Of a stretch of DNA of 64,000 bases, positions 46,965 through 57,538 are shown piece by piece; position 1 is the stretch's first letter; each line of letters begins with the position of its first letter. The notes below the pieces were generated by a model, which saw nothing but the letters and a program-made list of their open reading frames with translations, did not search any database and was not told where the DNA came from. A program made the translations under genes and the position numbers. This stretch comes from a virus (lineage: Duplodnaviria; Caudoviricetes): IMG/VR virus record IMGVR_UViG_3300027705_000005, positions 36,536 through 100,535 of that record; one strand, 5' to 3'.

Positions 46965-49900
46965 TTATAAAGTTTTATCTCCAAAGACAGAGACTGACCT
47001 TTTACATATTAATTCTATGTCTTTTTCATCATCTAAAATAAATCTTGAAACTATATACTTATCATATAGATATTCATTTTTTAATTTATCTTGTAGATTA
47101 AATTCATTTATTTGTATTTGATCTTGTTCATCTTTAATTGTAAGTGGAACAGTAGTATCTTTAGTATAATCTGCTATATCAGAAAATCTCCAATTCTTTT
47201 GCATCTTAGACATTACCATTGTACTAGAGTTCTCTTTAATAGATTTCTTTAAACTTGTTCCAGTTACATTAGGTACAAGATCCATCATCTTAGTGGACTG
47301 ATTAGTATTATGGAAATAAGCTTTATTAAATCCAGTTTCTAAATCTTGAGTATAAGTTCTAGTCTTATTATCTAACTTGTTAGCTTCTGTATCAAGCATT
47401 GTATATTCATGTTGATAAGAATTAAATCCATCTACTACAGAAGAATATTCTATTATGTAAGGGAAATAATCTCCAAAGTAAGTTTGATATTTACCTATAT
47501 TAAATTGATGTATATCTGAATCTTTAGTAGCATAAATATTAAATCTATCAAACATATAAAGATGTGGAGTAAATGAATGGAAAGACAACCATTTCTTTTC
47601 CATAGGATCATAAGATAATGTCCAGGATTTATCAATACATTTTTCACCATTAAATGTTACTTTACCTTGTTCAGAAGGTAAGAAATCTCTTTTAGTTATT
47701 AATAATCTTTCATTCTTATAATCATAACCAATAGCATAACCAATACCTGTATCAGATTTTTGATCTACTTTACCAAAATTAGGATTTGCTTTAAGATATT
47801 CAAACTTAAGATTTTCTTTCATAAATTGTCTAACACCAAAATTAGATATTTCTTCTGGAGCTTGTCCATTAAAAGAATATATTCTACCAGCTTCTTCATC
47901 TATAAAGATATAACCAACAGCAGTATTAATACTACCATTAGGATATTTAATACCAGCATAACCTTCTAATACACCATCAGCAATAGGAATGGCAGCATTG
48001 ATATAATTTCCTTGTCCTAATTCAATATTAACATCACCAAATTCTAATGTATTAGTTCCTACTTGTAAGTCAAGTATCATATCTGTACATGCAGCAAACA
48101 TCTTTTGTCCTCTAATAATCATAGTAGTTATCTTACCATACTTAGAAGTTACATCTAAAATGTTATTGACTTTAAAGTTTCTCCATGCATCATTAGGTGC
48201 ACCTATTAATTGTGGATTAGAATATATTATCTTGTTATTTGGTTCTGCTACACATAAACAAGTATTATAGTTTATTGGCATACCATAAGATAATTCTAAT
48301 TCATTTTGAGAACTATAATTCCAATTATATTTATTATAATTGTCATGGAAATCTTTCTTAAATCCATCTCCTGGTCCTCCTTGTTTATCATTATAACATT
48401 GTTTTATACCTAAGAATTGTAAGAGATATGGACCAGCAAAGGTTTTTAATGCTATATATAAAAGTATAACAAAAATTATTGTAATTAATAATAGTACAAT
48501 TTGTATAATAATAGATAATAAAGCACCTGCTATACCTCCACCACCATGAACATAACCTCCTAATTGAAGTAGTATATATAATGGAAAAATAATCTTAATT
48601 GCAAAGATTACAAATGTCATCCATATCTTTTGATATAAAGAAATTTCTGGATATTCCATATAGAACATATTAAGATACTTATCTTTCCATGCTACATTAC
48701 CATAAAAAGATGAATCTAAATCATATCCTTTAGTATCAAAATAATTAATTTCTTTATCTTCTTCCTTACCTTTTATTCTTAATGGAACTGCAACTTCTGA
48801 TTCTACCCAATAAATAATTTCTGTAGTTTGAAGTCCAGGGAAATATGTTTTTTTATTCTTAGCTGGATTACCATTAAATCCACTTTTACCATCCCAGTAT
48901 CCTCCACCTTCTGCTGCTGAATCTCCATCAGGATCATTATTAAATCCTCTTAACCCATTACCATTTCTTGGATCTACCCTAATTGTTAAACCTGCAACTG
49001 GAATATTAGCACACAAGCCTAATGCCCAAGCTATTTTAGAACCAGTCATATTCTCTATTAACTTTTTAAGTCCTTTAGCTCCACCTTGTGCCTTACCACC
49101 TCTTTTACCTGGTCCTGTTTCTGGTGCAACACTTACTTCATTTGCAGCATCTTGAAAAGTTAAAGGATCTTTTATAAGAACTTCATCACCTACTAAATTG
49201 GATACATAAGTTGATTTAGAAAAAGAATAAGGAGTAATATAAACATCCCCACAAACACCAGTCATAGAACCATTAGAAATGTCTTGCCATGTTCCTGTAA
49301 TACCAGTTTGTATGTAAGAAGCTTTTTCTAACCTTCCATATTGCCTTGCATTAGGTTGATATATACCAACATAATGTGCAGCAGCATTATATATTGGTTG
49401 ATTATGAAACTTAATGTCTCCTAAAAAAGAAGCATCTTTAGTTCTATTACCAGCAGTATTACCTACTCCATTATATTGTCCTCCAGATAAACTATCAATT
49501 GATTTATTTAATCTTAAGAATTTATCAAGTTCTAAATAAACACAAGATTCTGAATCTCTATTTGTAAAAGTTTTAGAGAAGTTTTCCCCAGCTTTCATAG
49601 TTCTGTCAGCACCAACATATGATATATCTTTAATACATCTTGAAGCATCATCTGCTCCTTCTTTATCTATATGTGTATATTTATTTAAGTGTACAGCTCC
49701 TCTATATTTTTTTTGTCCTATCTTAGGAACATTTAATCCATTACCTTTTGTAAGTATTTGTTTAATACCTCCAATATTAGATAATTCAGGAGTACCTGGT
49801 TGATCTCCAGAAGCATATAATCCATGTCTCCAACCTTTACCATAAATTTCTAATTCTGGTATTAGTTTAGATCCTTTAATATAAGGTTTAGCAAATGCAG

Positions 49901-52523
49901 TTGTGGGACTATGAAAAGTATATCCAGCAACTTCAGAAACATATCCCGCATGTACTTTATTGGTAGTTGAGTTAATATGTCTATTAAACATTTCTAAACT
50001 ATTAACTCCATTGTTAGGAAACATTGTTTTATCTCCATAAGAATCTCCCTCAAATGTTCCTAAAAGCAAACCTTTAGCAAGACAAGTCTTATTAGAAGCA
50101 TCCCTTTTAATCATTACTATACTAAATGGTTTAGTACCACATAATGGTTTAGGAGTATTTGTTGGCGGAGTAATATTTTTTAAAGTTAATCCTATTGGAT
50201 GTACATATCCTCTATCTAATTCATCATTTCCTGGTTCTTGTATATTTTGAACACCAGTCATATAAGATATATAATGTGGTATCTTTTCAGCAGATGGAGT
50301 TTTAAAAAATCTTATTCTTTCTCCTGCATCATCACCATAAATAAGTTCTCCATCACAATTTAAAGTAACAGGGTATGTTTCCATTGATTCTGCATATCCA
50401 AATTTACCAGTCATTACAACCATTGGAATACAATCTATTTCAGTACATCCATCTTCAGCATAAACTGGTTGACATGGTACATTAGAATCATGATCATTAT
50501 TACCTGCTCCTGGATCTGTTGGATCATCTTTTTTTGGAACACATATTTTAGGTGGAGTTGTTTCACCATAATTTCTACATCTTCCTGGATGTATATCATC
50601 TGGATATTCTGGGTCTCCCTCTTCTAATTCAATACATATACAAGGTTCTTTACATCCTCCAACTCCAGGCTTACAAAATGTATTACCTGAATCACAAGCC
50701 TTCCAAGTTGGATCATCTATACAATCACAACCTTCTGGACAAATTCCATCTTGACATAATTGTCCTATACATAAAGGATTACTTCTTGTACTTAATCCAA
50801 CTATATCATCTCCTTGTCCACCAGAATTATTAGAACCTTCATATTCAATATCTATTGTTCCTTGATTACCATCTCCATTACCTTTTCCTCCACATGGTGA
50901 ACCTGATGGATCTCCATCTGTTCTAATTGCTATTTCTCCATTTTGAACTACTGTTCCTACAGTAAAACAACCTCCATTAATACATTCACATCCTGCTGGA
51001 CATATAACTCCTGCACATGGATCTGGTGGTTCTGGTTCTCCAGTATTTTCTGTTGAATCAGCTATTGGTCCATCACAACAATCTCCACCAGCTATATCTT
51101 CTAATGTATCATCTTCATCACTAAGATTCTTTTCAGCTATTTTATTTACATCCTTTATTGCTTCTTCAGCTTCATCTTTAGCTTCTTGTCCCCATTCATC
51201 TATTGTTTTAAATGGTTCTTTAGTAGGAACAAAATTAGTATATACTTTTTCTGAAGCACCAGATTCTTGATAAGGATCCCCCCAACTTGAATGTGTAGAT
51301 TCTATAATAGAAGTATCTTTATACTGCCATGCTTCTCTTGAACAATCTGAACAATCATCAGGAGAAATTGCACCATCTGAAGCAGATTTAGGTCTATTAA
51401 TTAAAGGGAATACTACTGATTTTGTACCATCACAATAATTCCATTCTATACCAAACATGTAAGATTCATTTCTTAATAAGGAAGGGTATTTGTGAGCATC
51501 ATCTACTCTAACCCTTCTTACAGAAAATCCTACTTCTATTTCACTTGCTTGTTTTTGATAATCTAAATTCCAATGATTATCTACATCAAATAATATTAAT
51601 CTATTATCTTTTTGAATTAATCCTTTACCATTTATCCAATAATCTTCTTTAACTAAGATTTCAGCTAATGTAAGATCTCTTATCTCATCATTTTGTCCTC
51701 TATATTCTAAGGTTACACCATTTGAATTATAAGGTTGTTTATCATATATTAAATGTACTGTAGTCTTGTAATCAATAGTTTTGATTATAGCTACATCAAT
51801 AAAATTATAATTTTGTGACAAACCATCTAATTTAATAGAAACATATTGATCTGATATTTCTCCAGCTTTATTATCTCCACCAAATATCTTAGTATGTTGT
51901 GATATAGTAAACCAATTGGTATTATTTGAATCTTCATCTGTTAATCTAACAACAGCTTGATAGATACCATTTTGTACTCCATATCCACCATTATCTACAG
52001 TTGATACTTTGACTCTTGGTGCACAATTACATTTAAATAATCTAAACTTATCACAAGTTTTATTATTTTTTAAATCTGGTTCATCAATATTAAGATATCT
52101 ATATGTTCTATTATTAGACCAATATAAGACTACTTCATTACAAGGTTGTATTCTTTTAACTTCAATAGTAATCCATTCTTCATATCCAAATTCTAATTTA
52201 CAAGAATGTTCTGTATCATTAAAATAAGTTTTATATGTACATTCATCTATATTTATTCCACCTATTTCTGAATTAGTACCATTATAAGAAAATACTATAA
52301 ATTCATTTCTTTCAGGTATTTGAGTATACCCTCTTAATTTATAACCATCTGGTAAAGATGTACAAAGTTCTGTACCCTTTTCATTAGAGTATCCATATCT
52401 ATTATATCTATCTGTACTTTTAGTACCATTTAATACATAAGAAAGTGTATTAGGTGGAGCTAAAGAAGGATGTGAATCCATCCATAGATTTTCAAATATA
52501 TTTTGACTTTGTTTCTTTTCCAA
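46965..52523 (-). CDS. Tail stabilisation/muzzle protein (P22 gp10-like, crAss-type) with Cys-rich and hydrophobic insertions
   Basis: N-terminal LSYVLNG...SNEKGT; SLLRNESYMFGIEW; C-terminal GYDYKNERLLITKRD, WTLSY...WLSFHSFTP; TTG start. Confidence 0.75.
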   Translation of the reverse strand: MEKKQSQNIFENLWMDSHPSLAPPNTLSYVLNGTKSTDRYNRYGYSNEKGTELCTSLPDGYKLRGYTQIPERNEFIVFSYNGTNSEIGGINIDECTYKTYFNDTEHSCKLEFGYEEWITIEVKRIQPCNEVVLYWSNNRTYRYLNIDEPDLKNNKTCDKFRLFKCNCAPRVKVSTVDNGGYGVQNGIYQAVVRLTDEDSNNTNWFTISQHTKIFGGDNKAGEISDQYVSIKLDGLSQNYNFIDVAIIKTIDYKTTVHLIYDKQPYNSNGVTLEYRGQNDEIRDLTLAEILVKEDYWINGKGLIQKDNRLILFDVDNHWNLDYQKQASEIEVGFSVRRVRVDDAHKYPSLLRNESYMFGIEWNYCDGTKSVVFPLINRPKSASDGAISPDDCSDCSREAWQYKDTSIIESTHSSWGDPYQESGASEKVYTNFVPTKEPFKTIDEWGQEAKDEAEEAIKDVNKIAEKNLSDEDDTLEDIAGGDCCDGPIADSTENTGEPEPPDPCAGVICPAGCECINGGCFTVGTVVQNGEIAIRTDGDPSGSPCGGKGNGDGNQGTIDIEYEGSNNSGGQGDDIVGLSTRSNPLCIGQLCQDGICPEGCDCIDDPTWKACDSGNTFCKPGVGGCKEPCICIELEEGDPEYPDDIHPGRCRNYGETTPPKICVPKKDDPTDPGAGNNDHDSNVPCQPVYAEDGCTEIDCIPMVVMTGKFGYAESMETYPVTLNCDGELIYGDDAGERIRFFKTPSAEKIPHYISYMTGVQNIQEPGNDELDRGYVHPIGLTLKNITPPTNTPKPLCGTKPFSIVMIKRDASNKTCLAKGLLLGTFEGDSYGDKTMFPNNGVNSLEMFNRHINSTTNKVHAGYVSEVAGYTFHSPTTAFAKPYIKGSKLIPELEIYGKGWRHGLYASGDQPGTPELSNIGGIKQILTKGNGLNVPKIGQKKYRGAVHLNKYTHIDKEGADDASRCIKDISYVGADRTMKAGENFSKTFTNRDSESCVYLELDKFLRLNKSIDSLSGGQYNGVGNTAGNRTKDASFLGDIKFHNQPIYNAAAHYVGIYQPNARQYGRLEKASYIQTGITGTWQDISNGSMTGVCGDVYITPYSFSKSTYVSNLVGDEVLIKDPLTFQDAANEVSVAPETGPGKRGGKAQGGAKGLKKLIENMTGSKIAWALGLCANIPVAGLTIRVDPRNGNGLRGFNNDPDGDSAAEGGGYWDGKSGFNGNPAKNKKTYFPGLQTTEIIYWVESEVAVPLRIKGKEEDKEINYFDTKGYDLDSSFYGNVAWKDKYLNMFYMEYPEISLYQKIWMTFVIFAIKIIFPLYILLQLGGYVHGGGGIAGALLSIIIQIVLLLITIIFVILLYIALKTFAGPYLLQFLGIKQCYNDKQGGPGDGFKKDFHDNYNKYNWNYSSQNELELSYGMPINYNTCLCVAEPNNKIIYSNPQLIGAPNDAWRNFKVNNILDVTSKYGKITTMIIRGQKMFAACTDMILDLQVGTNTLEFGDVNIELGQGNYINAAIPIADGVLEGYAGIKYPNGSINTAVGYIFIDEEAGRIYSFNGQAPEEISNFGVRQFMKENLKFEYLKANPNFGKVDQKSDTGIGYAIGYDYKNERLLITKRDFLPSEQGKVTFNGEKCIDKSWTLSYDPMEKKWLSFHSFTPHLYMFDRFNIYATKDSDIHQFNIGKYQTYFGDYFPYIIEYSSVVDGFNSYQHEYTMLDTEANKLDNKTRTYTQDLETGFNKAYFHNTNQSTKMMDLVPNVTGTSLKKSIKENSSTMVMSKMQKNWRFSDIADYTKDTTVPLTIKDEQDQIQINEFNLQDKLKNEYLYDKYIVSRFILDDEKDIELICKRSVSVFGDKTL

Positions 52524-52528
52524 TTTGC

Positions 52529-53176
52529 TTATAATTTAATCAAAGGATATGATACACCAACACCTATAAAATAATCTATCTTATTAGATGCAAGAACATA
52601 TCCTACTCCTATTTGTGGTCCTATTACTATGTTATATCTCTTAGAAGGTTTCATATATGTTTTTAAAACTCCAATATCTGAATTTGGATTAGATGAATAC
52701 ACATCTACTTCCAATCTTGGTTTAAATATTCCTTTTTCTCTAACTTGCACTACATAATCAGATTTAACATTAATGTCTAATTTAATAGAATCTGGTTGAG
52801 TTCTTGATATAAATCCTTTCATCCAAGCAGTATTAATATATGTACTATCTTTAAAAACACCTTCTAATCTAGTATTAGTATTTATAAAAGTAGCTACTTC
52901 AGTTCTATTATCTACAGCTTTTTGTAAAGCTATTATTCCTGGATCATTACTTTTAATACTCTTAAATGTTTTTAAATCTGTTTCAATTACACCAGTACTA
53001 AAAGTTTTAGTTCCATCCTTATGTACTAAAACAGAAATAGAGTCATTTAAATTAATTAATGACTCTTGATTTAATTTTGTTTCTCTACATTGTTTCAACC
53101 ATAAACTACAAAAGATTAAAACCAATACAATGTATATTACATCCCTGTACTTATACAGTATATGGTTGGTATTCAT
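52529..53176 (-). CDS. Membrane-anchored protein, possible spanin-like lysis accessory
   Basis: N-terminal TM (VIYIVLVLIFCSLWL); C-terminal IGPQIGVGY...FIGVGVSY amphipathic beta-hairpin. Confidence 0.5.
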   Translation of the reverse strand: MNTNHILYKYRDVIYIVLVLIFCSLWLKQCRETKLNQESLINLNDSISVLVHKDGTKTFSTGVIETDLKTFKSIKSNDPGIIALQKAVDNRTEVATFINTNTRLEGVFKDSTYINTAWMKGFISRTQPDSIKLDINVKSDYVVQVREKGIFKPRLEVDVYSSNPNSDIGVLKTYMKPSKRYNIVIGPQIGVGYVLASNKIDYFIGVGVSYPLIKL

Positions 53177-54128
53177 CAGTTTTATATCTATTTAAATTTA
53201 TTTCACTATGATAATTTGGAATTAATTTATTCCAATGATTTTTAATAAAAGCCTCAAACTCATCAGGTGAAGGGAATTCTAATTGTGCTCTTGCAATCTT
53301 GATATCTCTTTCTGCTTGTTGTGACATATCTCCCCAGAATGCTCTATCTCCTTGTGTTTTATTTTTAGTATATTCTTGTAATGCCATTCTTTCTAACATA
53401 TAAGAAGTCACAGCTCTATATGCAATAGGATGATCAGGTATCATAAGATAACCATTTTCATCTACTGGTTCAGATCTATAAGATAGAAGTATTTCTCCTT
53501 TCTTAAAGCTAGTTTCTATTCTACCTCCTTGTATCATATATTCATCTCTATTAGATGTAGAAGGTAATCTACAATCATCATTAGTTTGAGATTTCATTAA
53601 ATGAAAATTATTAGTAGAATATCTTAATATCTGAAATTCAGATATAGATTGTGGACATTTCTTAGTAGCTGTACTAAATTCACCATTATAGTGTCTTGTT
53701 CCTTCATACTGTAATCCAGGATGTGCATCTATCCAATTACCATCAGCTGTTACTATTACTGGTGCAATAGCACAATCACATGGACCATTCATATGGCATT
53801 TAGGACATTCTTTAGTTATCTTTAATTTACAACCAGATCCAAAACATCCCTGTGTCCATTCTATAATTTCTTCTCTTGTACAATGACCTTTAGGTTCTTT
53901 TCTATAAAGAATTTGTTCTACAGCCTTATAACCTTTAGGAAGATTAGCATGAAAGTTTTCTACTTCAAGAACTATAATTCTAAGATCAGCAATAGAACCT
54001 GTAGAGATCCTCTCTATACCATCATTAGCTACAGAAGTTAACATAGTCCTATTGATCTCACCCAGTTGAGGAGCAAGTTTAAGATACTCTGATACAACAG
54101 ATTCTATATTTGCATATTCTATATTCAT
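53151..54128 (-). CDS. Tail ring/tubular protein (P22 gp4-like, crAss-type)
   Basis: YMIQGGRIETSFKKGEILLSY...DENGYLMIPD; upstream of the muzzle gene. Confidence 0.75.
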   Translation of the reverse strand: MNIEYANIESVVSEYLKLAPQLGEINRTMLTSVANDGIERISTGSIADLRIIVLEVENFHANLPKGYKAVEQILYRKEPKGHCTREEIIEWTQGCFGSGCKLKITKECPKCHMNGPCDCAIAPVIVTADGNWIDAHPGLQYEGTRHYNGEFSTATKKCPQSISEFQILRYSTNNFHLMKSQTNDDCRLPSTSNRDEYMIQGGRIETSFKKGEILLSYRSEPVDENGYLMIPDHPIAYRAVTSYMLERMALQEYTKNKTQGDRAFWGDMSQQAERDIKIARAQLEFPSPDEFEAFIKNHWNKLIPNYHSEINLNRYKTDEYQPYTV

Positions 54129-54559
54129 ACAGAGCCAACAGTTTTATAGTCTTTATTGTTCCTTGCACAATCTTTAATCCATTGTGCTAATCCTCTTGAT
54201 CCTATTTCTCTCTTTATTTCATCTCTAATAGGTTTGAAATAATATATATTTTTGTTCTTAAAAATAGCATTTTTCTTAGACCATTTAAAACTAAAACTTT
54301 TATTAAAAGTATGGAAGTTTCTATATGGTTGTTTTATCCCTGTCTTCTTAAATAAACCATAATCTAAACACTTCTTAGATGTTTCTTTCATTCCTATGTA
54401 TATAGTACCTAAAGCATATGGTAATTGACATATATAAGTTTCTCTTATTATTGCCAATGAAAGTTTCCATAAGAATAACTTACAGATATTTTCATATGTA
54501 CTTCTATCACAATGTTCATATTTCTTAGAGAAATCTTTTACAGTTATTGTCCTACTCAT
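54125..54559 (-). CDS. IHF/HU-like DNA-binding protein of the crAss-like tail block
   Basis: QLPYALGTIYI...NFHT....F.FKW; position between ring genes. Confidence 0.65.
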   Translation of the reverse strand: MSRTITVKDFSKKYEHCDRSTYENICKLFLWKLSLAIIRETYICQLPYALGTIYIGMKETSKKCLDYGLFKKTGIKQPYRNFHTFNKSFSFKWSKKNAIFKNKNIYYFKPIRDEIKREIGSRGLAQWIKDCARNNKDYKTVGSV

Positions 54560-55260
54560 TATGGTCTTTTAGATGAATCTGGTTCATTATTATTAAATAA
54601 TTCTGGTTGTGTAGTAGACTTAATTTTGATAAGTTTATCAAATACCATCTCATATAAAATAGGTAATAATTCTTCATCTATTACAAACTCTTTATCTAAA
54701 GGACCACATATATGTATTGATTCACCACAATTAGGAAAAGCTAAAACTTCTAAATTATCTACTGGTATAAGTGTTGCAGATACTATCTCTTTATCATTAT
54801 CTGAATAAATATAAAGATAAGCTAACTCTCCAAATGTTTTAATAGTATAATAAGGTTTAGTTCTTTCAAATGTAAATCTACTTTTTAATCTATCTTCGAA
54901 TTCATCCCATCTTAAATACTCATAAGTTTTATTACCCAGGATTGAAGTTACAGATTGATAAACTCCAGTAACATCATTTGGTATTACTTCTTTAGATCTG
55001 AGGAACTCACAACCACTAGCAGGAATACAAGGACATTCAGACATATCTATCTTCTCTAATTCTATACATTTAAGTGTAGCATAAGAAGATCTTGATATTG
55101 GTAATTTCTTTTGTTTTTTATCCCAAAGTAATCTTGTTCTATAAAGCTTAAGATAGTAATAAATAAGTCTATGTGACCATTCTTTATCTTGAGATATTTC
55201 ACCTTGTCTATCAGATGCCATCTCTATCCATGCATTTATTACCTGTCTATTTGTTCTCAT
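54559..55260 (-). CDS. Tail ring/adaptor protein (crAss-type)
   Basis: RLIYYYL..YR..LL; CIELEKID..EC.C....C..LRSKE.IP; LDKEFVID. Confidence 0.7.
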   Translation of the reverse strand: MRTNRQVINAWIEMASDRQGEISQDKEWSHRLIYYYLKLYRTRLLWDKKQKKLPISRSSYATLKCIELEKIDMSECPCIPASGCEFLRSKEVIPNDVTGVYQSVTSILGNKTYEYLRWDEFEDRLKSRFTFERTKPYYTIKTFGELAYLYIYSDNDKEIVSATLIPVDNLEVLAFPNCGESIHICGPLDKEFVIDEELLPILYEMVFDKLIKIKSTTQPELFNNNEPDSSKRP

Positions 55261-55517
55261 AATACTTGTATAACTTGTTGCTTATCATTAAAAACAAACA
55301 TAATTGCATACTTGTTCCTTATCTCTTGAATAACATAATTAGTATATTCATTAAAAGATATTCCTAATTGAACAAGCTTATGTTGTATCATCATTAAGAA
55401 CTGTTGAAAGTATATATGTGATCTCTTCTCTAAATTAGAATGTTCAAGATACTCCTGAAACAGAATACCTTGAACATTATTATCTTTAAACATTTGAACT
55501 AGTGCATCTCTATTCAA
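55257..55517 (-). CDS. Hypothetical protein
   Basis: 86-aa coupled ORF. Confidence 0.6.
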   Translation of the reverse strand: MNRDALVQMFKDNNVQGILFQEYLEHSNLEKRSHIYFQQFLMMIQHKLVQLGISFNEYTNYVIQEIRNKYAIMFVFNDKQQVIQVL

Positions 55518-56709
55518 AATATACTTCTTTTTTAATTATTTCTCTTTTGTTCTCTTCAATTATATCATAAGATACTCCAGGTCTATTAGGACCAAAGTTA
55601 GTATGTATCCATTCAGTGCCTCCAAAGAAGGATAGAGTTGATTTATATCTTATCTTATATCCTTGTTGATCAGATAGTTGATGTAAATCTCCCTTAACTA
55701 AATGTATAAAGTCTCCTTTAAGTTTCTTAGCATCAATATATCTTTGTAAATATAATTCTGTCTTAGTATCCATAACTAAAGGTAATCCATTCTTCATATG
55801 CTTTTCATCTTTACCATGAGTTAACATGTAAGCATGTCTACCATAAGTAAAATGTGTAATAAAGTCAGCAGTAATATAAGTCTGAATCTCTGGATATTTA
55901 GCATTTAAGTAAATTTCCAAAGCTCTCTGAGCTGTATAACCAAAGCTACCATCATGATTACTATTAGATAATGCAATGAAACTCAAATTATTAGTTATAT
56001 TTAAACTAACTATTGTATCTATAAACTCTTTAAAACATCTGAAATAAACATCAAATTGTTCTCTATTTCCCATGTTTTGATCTAATGTATGTCCTCCTCT
56101 GGTTGTATTTTTATTATAACCATCTAAAGAATCACCCATATCATTGATAACAAGTCTATCAAAAGGACCATATACTTGATAGTCCAACCATAATTCTTGT
56201 ACCAATCTTTGAAATCTTGCTTTGACAACTTCCTCATTATAAACATTTTCTGACATTAATGTTCCTCCTACTGCACCAATATGAATATCAGAGATAGGTA
56301 ACACAATGCATCTCTTAGTATCTAATTGATGTTTCACTAGTGTTAATGTTTGAATGCCAGAAACAGCATTTTTAAAGCTATCTAATAGTTGTTTTTGAGT
56401 ATCTTCTGCTATTACAGAATCATCAACTTCATATGAATGTAGTGTTTCCACAATACCTCCTTTTCTTTGAACTTCCCAGGCTTTCTTTAATTTAAGATTC
56501 TGGTATGGTCCACTAGGTTGTGGTTTAAGTGTTTCTCTTTTCCATAGAGTTCTAATAGTATCACCTAAAGAATTATTGTAATCTTGTGAGTCTTTGGGAT
56601 ACTTAGAATTTACAGAAATTTCAAATCTTTTAGCTAGATCAACCCAAGTTTCAGAATCTAGTTTTCCATTGTTCCTTTTCAAGTGATCAATCAGTTCAGA
56701 TTTACCCAT
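55510..56709 (-). CDS. Calcineurin-like metallophosphoesterase (Mre11/DNA pol small-subunit-like) with N-terminal extension
   Basis: ISDIHIG, MGDSLDG, SNHDG, THGKD, GDLHQ. Confidence 0.8.
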   Translation of the reverse strand: MGKSELIDHLKRNNGKLDSETWVDLAKRFEISVNSKYPKDSQDYNNSLGDTIRTLWKRETLKPQPSGPYQNLKLKKAWEVQRKGGIVETLHSYEVDDSVIAEDTQKQLLDSFKNAVSGIQTLTLVKHQLDTKRCIVLPISDIHIGAVGGTLMSENVYNEEVVKARFQRLVQELWLDYQVYGPFDRLVINDMGDSLDGYNKNTTRGGHTLDQNMGNREQFDVYFRCFKEFIDTIVSLNITNNLSFIALSNSNHDGSFGYTAQRALEIYLNAKYPEIQTYITADFITHFTYGRHAYMLTHGKDEKHMKNGLPLVMDTKTELYLQRYIDAKKLKGDFIHLVKGDLHQLSDQQGYKIRYKSTLSFFGGTEWIHTNFGPNRPGVSYDIIEENKREIIKKEVYFE

Positions 56710-56740
56710 AATATATTTTATTTGATTTATAATAATGTAC

Positions 56741-56760
56741 TGTAATCATATGTGATTACA
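56741..56760. repeat. Perfect inverted repeat (operator or leader hairpin)
   Basis: TGTAATCA-tatg-TGATTACA in the intergenic gap upstream of the phosphoesterase. Confidence 0.6.
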
Positions 56761-56769
56761 TAAAGAAAT

Positions 56770-56796
56770 GTAAAGATAATAATTATTTCTAACAAA
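56770..56796 (-). promoter_or_regulatory. Possible Bacteroidota-type promoter (-7 element)
   Basis: TATCTTTAC on the - strand (56778-56770), identical to the element at 7989; TTTG lies 14 nt upstream, a non-canonical spacing. Confidence 0.45.
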
Positions 56797-56824
56797 ATTG
56801 ATAGAATTTCAATAATTATTTCTT

Positions 56825-57535
56825 TCATCTGGCTTTCAGCTCAGTTATTTCTGCTTTAAGGTTACCAATTTCTCTAGTGGCATTGTTTAATGCTGAAATA
56901 ATCAGAGTATTGGCTTCAGTTTGGTTGTATTCTTCTTTGGTATTACCAGCATCATTGATATCAAAAGTAGAATTAAAATTACCTGTACCTGTACTGTCAA
57001 TAACAACTCTTTTTATAAGTTCTATATTCCCACAAGTAGTAGTTAAAAATACTTTAAATGTTGCTGTAGCTGGAAATCTATCTACTGGAACTGATACACC
57101 ACCTACTTCTTTCTTAGAATCAAGTATATTAACTGGTCCATAAGTTGCTTTACCAACAATAAGGGTATTAACACCAATATTACTAGCAATAGAAGGTAAA
57201 TTTTGTAAGGTTTCATTAAGGTCATAAGTCAGTTCTATACCATTAATACCAGGCTTAATAGAGTATTTAAAGTTTCTATTTACTATTTCTGAAGAGCATG
57301 GAGATACTTTACCTGTAAGATTAAGAAGAGTTCCTGAAACTTTAACTTCATCAGTTGTCTTACCTATATTTTGTACTGGAGTTGTAGCCTTAACTAATTG
57401 TTTAATTAATTGAGTTACAACAGTTTTCATAGAGGTATTATTCTCTATACCAAAATCAGGAAAATCCCCTCCAGTCCACACTGATGCAGAATCTGGAGAG
57501 GGATTAATATTTTTATTACAATCTTTACAATTCAT
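56825..57535 (-). CDS. Putative structural protein
   Basis: MNCKDC start, WTGGDFP..GIE motif, C-terminal coiled coil; in the virion operon. Confidence 0.55.
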   Translation of the reverse strand: MNCKDCNKNINPSPDSASVWTGGDFPDFGIENNTSMKTVVTQLIKQLVKATTPVQNIGKTTDEVKVSGTLLNLTGKVSPCSSEIVNRNFKYSIKPGINGIELTYDLNETLQNLPSIASNIGVNTLIVGKATYGPVNILDSKKEVGGVSVPVDRFPATATFKVFLTTTCGNIELIKRVVIDSTGTGNFNSTFDINDAGNTKEEYNQTEANTLIISALNNATREIGNLKAEITELKAR

Positions 57536-57538
57536 TTA

